A stretch of 64,000 nucleotides of DNA from Macrostomum lignano (Eukaryota): positions 1-64,000 of the forward strand of contig NIVC01002136.1 in assembly GCA_002269645.1 (NCBI GenBank). The letters are read 5' to 3'. Under the pieces are notes generated by a model. It was not told the DNA's origin, did not search any database, and worked only from the letters and a program-made list of their open reading frames with translations. The translations under genes were made by a program, and so were the position numbers. Shown here in pieces: positions 19,472-31,500 of this stretch (position 1 is its first letter; each line of letters begins with the position of its first letter).

Positions 19472-21047
19472 TGTACTAAAAGCCTCTTTAGGAGTCGGTG
19501 TGGGGTGACTGGGTCCTGGTTTTTATCAATCTAGAATCTCTTGTAAATGAATGTGGCAATGCACCAAGCTGAAATTCTATATATAATGTCTCAACATATT
19601 TCTCCATCAGGTCCTAAAAATTCTTCCAAAAATGCCTAGAACTATGTTTTTTTCTAGTAACTTATTAAATAACCCTTATATACATAAATAGATAATAGAA
19701 AAACTATTGCCATTGGATTTCTTATCATTACAAGTCATGGAACTTTTTATTCAATAAATCAGCTATATATAGGCTATAGGAAAAAATTAGATATTGCTAC
19801 ATATATAAATATAGGAAAATTTTGGTTTTGATCACAGATACTAGAATAACTAGATGGGCCACTCAGAAAATTTGTGTGTAAACTACTTCTAGTTCAGTAG
19901 TAAGTTAAACAGAAGCATTTTAATGTATTTTTTAAGTTATGGCTTACTTATTTGAACCCCTACCTTGCATCCCCCAGCTTAAACCCCCCAACTATGCCTT
20001 TCTGTACTACCCTTGCCCCACTACATTTTTTGCCTTTCTTAGAATTCAAGTGTAAAGCTACCATATACATTTCAGTAGACTAGCTAATGTACATTATTGC
20101 TGAACCAATTAAAGTTTTTTATGCTTAAAAGCTTAGGCATCTAAACTTATTGAAGTCATTTCAGTTGCCTTTTTTATAAAATACTTCTTTGCTACTAAAC
20201 TGAAAAGAGAAAGCTTTTATACTAAGTATATAAGTCTGAGTGGCCCATCTATTTATTTTAGTATCTATGTTTATGATAGAACTTTAAATAAGATAATAGT
20301 AATTTAATTAAGCCTTTGAAACTCCAAAATGTTTCTTTTTGGATTTTTAGCAAACTTAAACATTAGTTACAATTAAAACTTAGATATCTTATGATTCATG
20401 CTTGGGCGCAACCTAGAGAGCCAAATAAATATGGAGTTCAAAAGTTTTTTTCACTAAAATGGCCATTTAAATTAGCCTTTTGTATTTTAAACTTTTTTGT
20501 ATTTTGCAACCTTTAGATTCATTTTGATAGACATAATCATTTGGGAATTTGAGTTTTTTTGCTATTGTCAATTGAAATTAAAACCTTTGTAAAATAAGAA
20601 CCACCATATGTTTATGTATAAGAATAATTTAAATATACATTGTTGTACTTAAAGTTAAACAAATATAATGAGATAAAAAATTAATGACAATGTATTTAAA
20701 GTATATTTATTTTGTTTATATTGCCAAAGTTTTATTATTGTAAATTAGATTTTGCTCAATATATAATCTTCTATTCATTACATCTTCACTTGGGACAGAT
20801 TTGTGAAAATCTCTATTGACGCCAGTCTAATTTTTGTTTAAATGGAAAATTGAGTGCATAATTTTTTAAAAATTAGTTAATTGCTTATCATTGCAGCGGT
20901 CTGGTCCATCTGCAACGCGTCCTCTTCAATCGCAAATTCTTCTGCTTGCAGAAGAACCGATTCCAACTGTTTTCTTGCTTATCTTCCTCCACTCGAAACT
21001 GTTTTGCTTCTCAGTCTCGCTAATCCGCACTGGATAACTCTGTCACC

Positions 21048-24000
21048 ATGGCCGAGAACGGGGCAGCCACGCGCCGCCGGGTCAAGCTGTACATGCTCAA
21101 CGAGGAGCGCCAGTGGGATGACAAAGGCACCGGCCACGTGAGCTCAGTGTTCGTCGAGTCCCTGAACGGCATCGCCCTGCTGGTGGTGTCCGAGGCGGAC
21201 GGCTCCACCCTGCTGGAGTCGCGAATCCAGCCGGACACGGCCTACCAGAAGCAGCAGGAGACGCTCATAGTCTGGTCGGAGGCCGAGTCCATGGACCTGG
21301 CCTTGAGCTTTCAAGAGAAGGACGGCTGCGACGAGATCTGGGGCAAGATCTGCTCAGTGCAGGGCAAGGACCCGTCCGTGGAGATCACCCAAGACGTGGT
21401 TGACGAGGACAACCCGGAGGAGGGCGACGACACTGAGAGCGAGACCGGATCCGCCTGCGGCCAGCCGCCAGCCACTGACAGCCTTGTGCTGCCGCCCTGC
21501 GAGCTGTCCTGGCTTGGCGACCTGGTGAAGGTGGTCACCTCGCCCCCTGTGCTGTCCATTGTTGGCAAGCGGGAGCGCCTGGTCGGATCGCTGCTCAGAC
21601 AGGGCTACCTGCGGCGTGTCTGCACGGATCTGTTTAGACAGGTGAGGGATCGGTGCATGCAGTTGCTTTGGGATGGGCTTTGAATAGAGGCGTAATTTGA
21701 GGTCAGGATGCGCTTTTTAGGATCGCTGTATTGGTTATTATGGCTGGCGTTGGGATCTCTATAGTCAATCAGGTTAAATTGAAGGTTAAATGCCGTCTTA
21801 GCGTATTTCTGAAAGTAAAATGACGTTTTTCGGGATTTCTGAAGGTTAATGTTGTTTTTGGGATTTCCGAAGGTTAAATACGCGTCTTGGGCACTTCTGA
21901 AGGTTAAATATCGTCTTAGGGGATTTCTGAAGGTTAAATATTGTCTTAGGGGATTTCTGAAGGTTAAATATCGTCTTAGGCACTTCTGAAGGTTAAATAT
22001 CGTCTTAGGGGATTTCTGACGGTTAAATATCTTCTTAGGGGATTTCTGAAGGTTAAATATCGTCTTAGGGGTTTTCTGAAGGTTAAATATCGTCTTGGGC
22101 ACTTCTGAAGGTTAAATATCGCCTTGGGCACTTCTGAAGGTTAAATATCGTCTTAGGGGATTTCTGAAGGTTAAATATCTTCTTAGGGGATTTCTGAAGG
22201 TTAAATATCGTCTTAGGGGATTTCTGAAGGTTAAATATCGTCTTAGGGGATTTCTGAAGTTTATGAGTGGCTTTTAGGATTTCCAAGAAACGTGGATTCT
22301 GGATTTAAAAGCATTCCTATCTCCATCACTCCCCTCCTTCCCCAGGCCGAGGAGGCGGACGACCGCAAGAGCCTCGGCCAGCTGCACGAGGTGATCAGGA
22401 ACATCTTCTTCCTCAACAACAAGTCCGTATTCGAGGTGATGTTCGAAGATGACGTCATCCTTGACGTCATCGGCATTCTGGAGTACGACCCGGTCAAGCC
22501 GGTCAAGGCCAATCACAGGGAGTTTCTGCTCAATCGGTCGCGTCATTGCGAAGTCCTGCCAATCCAGAAGGCCGACCTTCGCTCTAAGATCCATCAGACC
22601 TTCCGGGTGCAGTACATCCAGGACTGCATCCTGCCAACGCCCAGCATGTTCGATGACAACCAGTTCTCTGAGCTGTCCTCATTCCTGTTCGTCAACAAGG
22701 TCAGCATACTTAACGACATCAACAACGACGACAAGCTCATGACTATGCTGTTCGCCTGCCTTCGCGACAAGTCAAACAGCTCTGAACGCCGCTTGGAGCT
22801 GACCATGTTCCTCAAGGAGCTCTGCAATTTCTCCTGTCTGCTTGAGCCGCCCGAGAAGGACCTGTTCTTCAAGAGTCTCATGCAGCATCAGGCCTTGGAC
22901 TGCCTCACCCCGCTGTACTCGAAATCCTGCACCCAGCTTCGCTCCGCCCTCACCGACATCCTGTTTGCATTTGTTGACCACTCGCCTGTGCTGCTGCGCG
23001 ACCACATGCTGAAGGAGACTAGCCAGGACAATCACCAGCTGCTCATCAATGTCCTCATCCAGCAGATGTGCTCAGATCCCGACCCGGAGATGGGCGACGC
23101 GTTGAGATTAGCTGGCTTGATTCGAATACTGGTTGATCCTGAGTCTATGCTCACCAACAGCCAGCCGTCCAATGTGAGTCACTTTTACTGCTGTCACAAT
23201 CTCCCACCAGAATCTCCCATACACAGCCACGAGAGTCTCCCAAAGACAGCCACCAGAATCTCCCATAAACAGCCGTTAGAATCTTCCATAAACAGCCGTC
23301 AGAATCTTCCATAAACAGCCGTCAGAATCTCCCATAAACAGCTGTCAGAATCTCCCATAAACAGCCATTAGAATCTCCCATAAACAGCCATCAGAATTCT
23401 CATAAACAGCCACCAGAATCTCCCGTAAACAGCCATTAGAATCTCCCATAAACAGCCGTCAGAATCTCCCATAAACAGCCGTCAGAATCTCCCATAAACA
23501 GTCGTCAGAATCTCCCATAAACAGCCGTCAGAATCTCCCATAAACAGTCGTCAGAATCTCCAATAAACAGCCACCAGAATCTTCCATAAACAGCCGTCAG
23601 AATCTCCCATAAACAGCCGTCAGAATCTTCCAAAGACAGCCGTCAGAATCTCCCATAAACAGCCGTCAGAATCTTCCAAAGACAGCCGTCAGAATCTCCC
23701 ATAAACAGCCGTCAGAATCTCCCATAAACAGCCGTCAGAATCTCCCATAAACAGTCGTCAGAATCTCCCATAAACAGCCGTCAGAATCTCCCATAAACAG
23801 TCGTCAGAATCTCCCATAAACAGCCGTCAGAATCTCCCATAAACAGCCGTCAGAATCTTCCATAAACAGCCGTCAGAATCTCCCATAAAATATGTATTTG
23901 AAGCCTCTCAAAACATGAGCTGTCTTCTTCAAAATCGCAAAATTCAGGCTGTGACACAAATTGTGATGGGATTTTCTCTAATTTGCGCCGCCCCGGTAAA

Positions 24001-27000
24001 ATATGGGTAATTATCCAGACCTGCTGGGTCCGCAACGCACCTGCGTTCATTTTCAACTTCCATGACCAACTTAAAAAAATTGGTAAAAAGTGACCAGCTT
24101 AAACTGTTAGTCTTGCCTGTCTGACCATGGAATTGGGTTCTGTAGTTTCCTGCTTTTTATTAACACCTGTGCTACACTAGCAATCCATCCTACTCAATAC
24201 TGACAGCTGTGCTAGACTAGCAATCCATCCTACTCAATACTGACAGCTGTGCTAGACTAGCAATCCATCCTACTCAATACTGACAGCTGTGCTAGACTAG
24301 CAATCCATCCTACTCAATACTGACAGCTGTGCTAGACTAGCAATCCATCCTACTCAATACTGACAGCTGTGCTAGACTAGACTAGCAATCCATCCTACTC
24401 AATACTGACAGCTGTGCTAGACTAGCAGTCCATCCTACTCAATACTGACAGCTGTGCTAGACTAGACTAGCAATCCATCCTACTCAATACTGACAGCTGT
24501 GCTAGACTAGACTAGCAATCCATCCTACTCAATACTGACAGCTGTGCTAGACTAGACTAGCAATCCATCCTACTCAATACTGACAGCTGTGCTAGACTAG
24601 CAATCCATCCTACTCAATACTGACAGCTGTGCTAGACTAGACTAGCAATCCATCCTACTCAATACTGACAGCTGTACTAGACTAGACTAGCAATCCATCC
24701 TACTCAATACTGACAGCTGTGCTAGACTAGCAATCCATCCTACTCAATACTGACAGCTGTGCTAGACTAGCAATCCATCCTACTCAATACTGACAGCTGT
24801 GCTAGACTAGACTAGCAATCCATCCTACTCAATACTGACAGCTGTGCTAGACTAGACTAGCAATCCATCCTACTCAATACTGACAGCTGTGCTAGACTAG
24901 CAATCCATCCTACTCAATACTGACAGCTGTGCTAGACTAGCAATCCATCCTACTCAATACTGACAGCTGTGCTAGACTAGACTAGCAATCCATCCTACTC
25001 AATACTGACAGCTGTGCTAGACTAGCAATCCATCCTACTCAATACTGACAGCTGTGCTAGATTAGACTAGCAATCCATCCTACTCAATACTGACAGCTGT
25101 GCTAGACTAGCAGTCCATCCTACTCAATACTGACAGCTGTGCTAGACTAGACTAGCAATCCATCCTACTCAATACTGACAGCTGTGCTAGACTAGACTAG
25201 CAATCCATCCTACTCAATACTGACAGCTCTGCTAGACTAGACTAGCAATCCATCCTACTCAATACTGACAGCTGTGCTAGACTAGCAATCCATCCTACTC
25301 AATACTGACAGCTGTGCTAGACTAGCAATCCATCCTACTCAATACTGACAGCTGTGCTAGATTAGACTAGCAATCCATCCTACTCAATACTGACAGCTGT
25401 GCTAGACTAGCAGTCCATCCTACTCAATACTGACAGCTGTGCTAGACTAGACTAGCAATCCATCCTACTCAATACTGACAGCTGTGCTAGACTAGACTAG
25501 CAATCCATCCTACTCAATACTGACAGCTGTGCTAGACTAGACTAGCAATCCATCCTACTCAATACTGACAGCTGTGCTAGACTAGCAATCCATCCTACTC
25601 AATACTGACAGCTGTGCTAGACTAGACTAGCAATCCATCCTACTCAATACTGACAGCTGTGCTAGACTAGCAGTCCATCCTACTCAATACTGACAGCTGT
25701 GCTAGACTAGACTAGCAATCCATCCTACTCAATACTGACAGCTGTGCTAGACTAGACTAGCAATCCATCCTACTCAATACTGACAGCTGTGCTAGACTAG
25801 ACTAGCAATCCATCCTACTCAATACTGACAGCTGTGCTAGACTAGACTTACTCATTCGCCCTTCAGATGTACCAGCGCAGCGCGGCTGAGAAGACGGAAT
25901 TCCTTCGCTTCTTCTACCACCGAGCGATGCCCACGCTGCTGGAGCCGCTTTATTCCAACACGCACGATGAGGCGCCGCTGAAAGACGGCTATCGCTCTGC
26001 CCAGCTGCTGTACCACATCCTTGACCTGTTGGCCTTCTGCATTGAGCAGCACACCTATCACGTGAAGAACCTCGTGCTTGCCAAGGATCTCATCAGGCGA
26101 GTGCTGGTTCTGCTGCGGTCTCGCCACTCATTCCTGGTGCTGGGCGCGCTGAAGCTGTTCCGCCGAGTTGTGGGCCTGAAAGACGAGTTTTACAACCGCT
26201 ACCTGACCAAGAACGCCCTGTTCAGGCCAATCATAGCGCTGTTCATCCGCAACGGGCCCAGGTACAATCTAATTAATTCCGCAATTATCGAACTGTTTGA
26301 CTTCATCAGCACCGAGGGCATCCGGTCGCTGATTATTCACGTGACCGAGAATCACTGGGAGGCACTGCGCGAGGTCCAGTACGTCACCACATTCAGGGCT
26401 ATGCGCCAGCGCTACGAGAGCTACCAGCAAACTGACCAGCTCAAGGACAAAGGTCGCGATGTTAAACGCACTTCGCCTTCGGTTGACTTGTAAGTTCTCC
26501 TCTTAGGATCAACATGCCTCTTATGAGAAATTAAGCATCCTAACCAATTTTTTAAAAAAGATTTTGCTAATCAATGATCGCCTCAGCATGCCTTCATCCC
26601 AATGCTTGGCCAGAATTTAGATACTTTTTTTATAATTTGCATCTGCTTTCTTTGGCACCGCTCTGCAAATGCACCCGACGCCCCCCTGCCAGCAACTGCC
26701 GCAGCACAGACAGCCCCGGCTATCGGATGCACCGGAAGCGGGCCCGGGTCTGTGCCGATACATCGCCAGAACCCAGCAGCAGAAAGGATTTGCCCAATAA
26801 TCAGTACAATTTAGGCAACTCGCCCCGTGTGGCCGTCAGGTACGACTAGCATTCGTGTAGGATGGACTGCTAGTCTGGCACAAATGTCAGTATTGAGTAG
26901 GATGGATTGCTAGTCTAGTCTGGCACAGCTGTCAGTATTGAGTAGGATGGATTGCTAGTCTGGCACAGCTGTCAGTATTGAGTAGGATGGATTGCTAATC

Positions 27001-30000
27001 TAGTCTAGCACAGCTGTCAGTATTGAGTAGGATGGACTGCTAGTCTAGCACAGCTGTCAGTATTGAGCAGGATGGACTGCTAGTATAACACAGCTGTCAG
27101 TATTGAGCAGGATGGACTGCTAGTATAACACAGCTGTCAGTATTGAGTAGGATGGATTGCTAGTCTAGTCTAGCACAGCTGTCAGTATTGAGTAGGATGG
27201 ATTGCTAGTCTAGTCTAGCACAGCTGTCAGTATTGAGTAGGATGGATTGCTAGTCTAGTCTAGCACAGCTGTCAGTATTGAGTAGGATGGACTGCTAGTC
27301 TAGCACAGCTGTCAGTATTGAGTAGGATGGATTGCTAGTCTAGTCTAGTACAGCTGTCAGTATTGAGTAGGATGGATTGCTAGTCTAGTCTAGCACAGCT
27401 GTCAGTATTGAGTAGGATGGATTGCTAGTCTAGCACAGCTGTCAGTATTGAGTAGGATGGACTGCTAGTCTAGCACAGCTGTCAGTATTGAGTAGGATGG
27501 ATTGCTAGTCTAGTCTAGTACAGCTGTCAGTATTGAGTAGGATGGATTGCTAGTCTAGTCTAGCACAGCTGTCAGTATTGAGTAGGATGGACTGCTAGTC
27601 TGGCACAGCTGTCAGTATTGAGTAGGATGGATTGCTAGTCTAGTCTAGCACAGCTGTCAGTATTGAGTAGGATGGATTGCTAGTCTAATCTAGCACAGCT
27701 GTCAGTATTGAGTAGGATGGACTGCTAGTATAGCACAGCTGTCAGTATTGAGTAGGATGGATTGCTAGTCTAGTCTAGTACAGCTGTCAGTATTGAGTAG
27801 GATGGATTGCTAGTCTAGCACAGCTGTCAGTATTGAGTAGGATGGATTGCTAGTCTAGTCTAGTACAGCTGTCAGTATTGAGTAGGATGGATTGCTAGTC
27901 TAGTCTAGCACAGCTGTCAGTATTGAGTAGGATGGATTGCTAGTATAGCACAGCTGTCAGTATTGAGTAGGATGGATTGCTAGTCTAGCACAGCTGTCAG
28001 TATTGAGTAGGATGGATTGCTAGTCTAGCACAGCTGTCAGTATTGAGTAGGATGGATTGCTAGTCTAGCACAGCTGTCAGTATTGAGTAGGATGCATTGC
28101 TAGTCTAGTCTAGCACAGGTGTCAGTATTGAGTAGGATGGACTGCTAGTCTAGCACAGCTGTCAGTATTGAGTAGGATGGACTGCTAGTCTAGCACAGCT
28201 GTCAGTATTGAGTAGGATGGACTGCTAGTCTAGTATAACACAGCTGTCAGTATTGAGTAGGATGGACTGCTAGTCTAGTCTAGCACAGCTGTCAGTATTG
28301 AGTAGGATGGATTGCTAGTCTAGCACAGCTGTCAGTATTGAGTAGGATGGACTGCTAGTCTAGTCTAGCACAGGTGTCAGTATTGAGTAGGATGGACTGC
28401 TAGTCTAGCACAGCTGTCAGTATTGAGTAGGATGGATTGCTAGTCTAGCACAGCTGTCAGTATTGAGTAGGATGGATTGCTAGTCTAGCACAGCTGTCAG
28501 TATTGAGTAGGATGCATTGCTAGTCTAGTCTAGCACAGGTGTCAGTATTGAGTAGGATGGACTGCTAGTCTAGCACAGCTGTCAGTATTGAGTAGGATGG
28601 ATTGCTAGTCTAGCACAGCTGTCAGTATTGAGTAGGATGGATTGCTAGTCTAGCACAGCTGTCAGTATTGAGTAGGATGGATTGCTAGTCTAGCACAGCT
28701 GTCAGTATTGAGTAGGATGCATTGCTAGTCTAGCACAGCTGTCAGTATTGAGTAGGATGGATTGCTAGTCTGGCACAGCTGTCAATATTTGAGGTGACCA
28801 TATTTGTAATCTCAGGTTAAAGAGCAAGAAATCAAACAAAAACTTGGTCCTTAGCTTATCTATTAATTTTAACTCCTGTTTTTTAAGCGCAGTTTTTATT
28901 ATTCCAAAAGTTTTTTTACATTTTCTCGCTTTTTTGTGCTGCGCATTTTTAGAGCAACAGTTTTTTCCATTGCGGACAGTTGCGCATTTTAAATGCCAGT
29001 TTCTGTGCAGTTCGGTTGCTTCCCATGTGGAGAGCCCTGAGAAAATACAGTGCTTAGTTAATTTTTGAAGCTTTAATTGCATTTTAACGTACTCATTATT
29101 AAATATCTTAGCCGATTACCTATTAATACCAACAAGAGAGTGACAAAATAGCGAAAAAAGAGTGATGAGAATGAGATGACTAGAAGAGAGTGACTAGATG
29201 CCCAGAAGAGAGTGACTAGATGCCCAGAAAGGAGTGACAAGATAGCTAGAAGGGAGTGACTAGATGGCCAGAAGAGAGTGACTAGATGGCCAGAAGAGAG
29301 TGACTAGATGGCCAGAAGGGAGTGACTAGATGGCCAGAAGCGAGTGACTAGATGGCCAGAAGAGAGTGACTAGATGGCCAGAAGAGAGTGACTAGATGGC
29401 CAGAAGAGAGTGACTAGATGGCCAGAAGAGAGTGACTAGATGGCCAGAAGGGAGTGACTAGATGGCCAGAAGAGAGTGACTAGATGGCCAGAAGCGAGTG
29501 ACTATATGGCCAGAAGGGAGTGACTAGATGGCCAGAAGGGAGTGACTAGATGGCCAGAAGGGAGTGACTAGATGGCCAGAAGAGAGTGACTAGATGGCCA
29601 GAAGAGAGTGACTAGATGGCCAGAAGAGAGTGACTAGATGGCCAGAAGAGAGTGACTAGATGGCCAGAAGAGAGTGACTAGATGGCCAGAAGAGAGTGAC
29701 TAGATGGCCAGAAGAGAGTGGCGCGGTCGGCACGAGCCTTGAAGATATTGCAGCTGTCTCTTTCAACATCTAAGTAGCATTTGCACTGCAGTGCACCCCG
29801 TCACTAACCGGTCGCTAACAATTGCGCAGGTACAGCAACGAGACCAGCCTGATGTACCCCCGGTCTGGCGGCGGCGCCACGGACGGCCCGCTGTCCTCCA
29901 TGGCAGCCGTAGCCGCCGCCAACGCCGCAGCCGCCGCAGCCGCTGCAGCGGTCGCCGCGGCCAATTTTTCTTCGCCGTCGTCGTCCTCGCCGTCGGCCAG

Positions 30001-30616
30001 CTGCTACCGGATGCGCCGGGATCCGCGCGACCTCGACGCCGATGAGGAGCAGTGGTTCGAGCAGGACGAGGATGACCAGCAGCCGCAGCTGCCGCCGCTC
30101 GTCCCGACCTCAATGTCGGCTGCCGCCGCCATGATGGCCGCCGCTGGCGCCTCCAGGACTGGCGAGGACGCGGACGAGCGACAGCGGCAGCATCAGGAGG
30201 ACGACGACGAAGACGAGGATGACGAAGAAGACACCGGCGTCGTTGCCCCGGTGGCGCCGAAGGCGATGATGGCAACCTCGGCAGCTGCTGGGTCGGCGCC
30301 GCCGAGGCCCCTGGTTGACTATCCCGACGATCACGACGACTCCGACCAGGAGGAGGACGACGACAACGCCGTGGAGGCAACGGCGGCACCGACAGCGACA
30401 GTTACGACGTCTTCGCCGGGCGACGCTTTGGAAGACGCCGAGGCGCCCGCAGCGAAGCGGCTGCGCACCGAGGAGCCGCCGGCACCAACGGCACCGCCGC
30501 CCGCCGCCCTGCCGTCGATGATGGAGACCTACGCCGGCCGGCTGACGGCCAACGGCAGCAGCAGCGGCGGCGGCAGTCAGGAAGGGCAGCAGGAGGAAGA
30601 GGGGGGTTTGAACTGA
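21048..30616 (+). CDS. PPP4R3: Serine/threonine protein phosphatase 4 regulatory subunit 3 (SMEK/Falafel); exons 21048-21641, 22346-23173, 25867-26489, 29830-30616 (~943 aa)
   Basis: N-terminal EVH1-like domain [23 protein letters not shown]...[13 protein letters not shown]...[19 protein letters not shown]; SMK-1 domain [43 protein letters not shown]; [15 protein letters not shown]; LVDYPDD and a basic C-terminal NLS-like KRLR. All three junctions are GT-AG with matching phases 0, 0 and 2. Confidence 0.95.
21790..22258 (+). repeat. 30-bp minisatellite (TTCTGAAGGTTAAATATCGTCTTAGGGGAT), PP4R3 intron 1
   Basis: About 15 visible copies. Confidence 0.95.
23205..23887 (+). repeat. 23-bp minisatellite (CAGAATCTCCCATAAACAGCCGT), PP4R3 intron 2
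   Basis: About 29 visible copies. Confidence 0.95.
24165..25848 (+). repeat. 36/41-bp minisatellite (CTAGCAATCCATCCTACTCAATACTGACAGCTGTGCTAGA +/- ACTAG), PP4R3 intron 2
   Basis: About 44 near-identical copies ending ~18 nt before the exon 3 acceptor. Confidence 0.98.
26850..28782 (-). repeat. Reverse-complement array of the same 36/41-bp minisatellite, PP4R3 intron 3
   Basis: The unit TCTAGCACAGCTGTCAGTATTGAGTAGGATGGATTGCTAG is the exact reverse complement of the 24165-25848 unit; about 50 copies. Confidence 0.98.
29185..29720 (+). repeat. 22-bp minisatellite (AGAGTGACTAGATGGCCAGAAG), PP4R3 intron 3
   Basis: About 24 visible copies. Confidence 0.95.
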
Positions 30617-31144
30617 CAGCGGCCTGGCGGAGGCGCCCGTCTGTCCGAATGGCAGCATCGGATGAGCGAATTTCTCCTGTCATAATAGTAATCATAATCA
30701 TACTGATCCAGTAGTTTTCGGTTATAGTTGAGTAGTTATTAAATATTAACATTCTATATCCAGCCCTGACTCTCCATTCAAATTTTGCATTGTTTTACTT
30801 GCTGTCTGTCAGTCTGTTTTATACTGTACGGATTTTCCAAGAGCTGGAGAGTGAGAGTCTGACTGTTACCCTGTGTGCTGGCATATTACTCATAGTAGCT
30901 AATCAATACTAATTTAACTGTGACCATCGTGTCTTCATCTCTCTGTTCAGACTCCTGTAAAGATTGCAGATCTATCAGAAGCTGCTTGGTTTGCCTTGGA
31001 GATTCGCCACATCCGCTGCTCTCTCTGTTGCGCTCGCTAAAATCTCCATCGAGATTCTGGCTGCCTCATCGTCTGCCTCTCATCTCCGCACTTTGCTTCG
31101 CTTTACTGTGTGCACTTCTCACTTCATCTCCTCTGTTATCTCAT

Positions 31145-31500
31145 GCTCTCCCTCTCCCTCTCTTATCTCCTCTCTCCCTCCTTTCCCTCTCATCTCTCCC
31201 TCTCCCTCCCTTATCTCCCTCTCTCCCTCTCACCTCTCCCTCTCCCTCCCTTATCTCCCTCTCTCCCTCTCACCTCTCCCTCTCCCTCCCTTATCTCCCT
31301 CTCTCGCCTCTTATCTTCCTCTTTCCATCTCCCTATCCCTCTGGCCCTCTCTTATCTCTCTCTCTCCCCTCTCTTATCTCCCTCTCTCCCTCTCATTTCC
31401 CTCTCATCTCCCTCCCTCTCATCTCCCTATCTCCCTATCTCCCTCCTATCCCCCTGTCTCCGTCTCATCTCTCTCTCTCTCTCTCTCTCATATCCCTCTC
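31145..31500 (+). repeat. Degenerate CT-rich (polypyrimidine) tract
   Basis: TCTCCC/CTTATCTCCC-like repeats. Confidence 0.85.

Noticed and set aside
26574-26849. Alternative PP4R3 exon in intron 3
   Set aside because: GC-rich but without clear splice signals or homology; the main model is complete without it.
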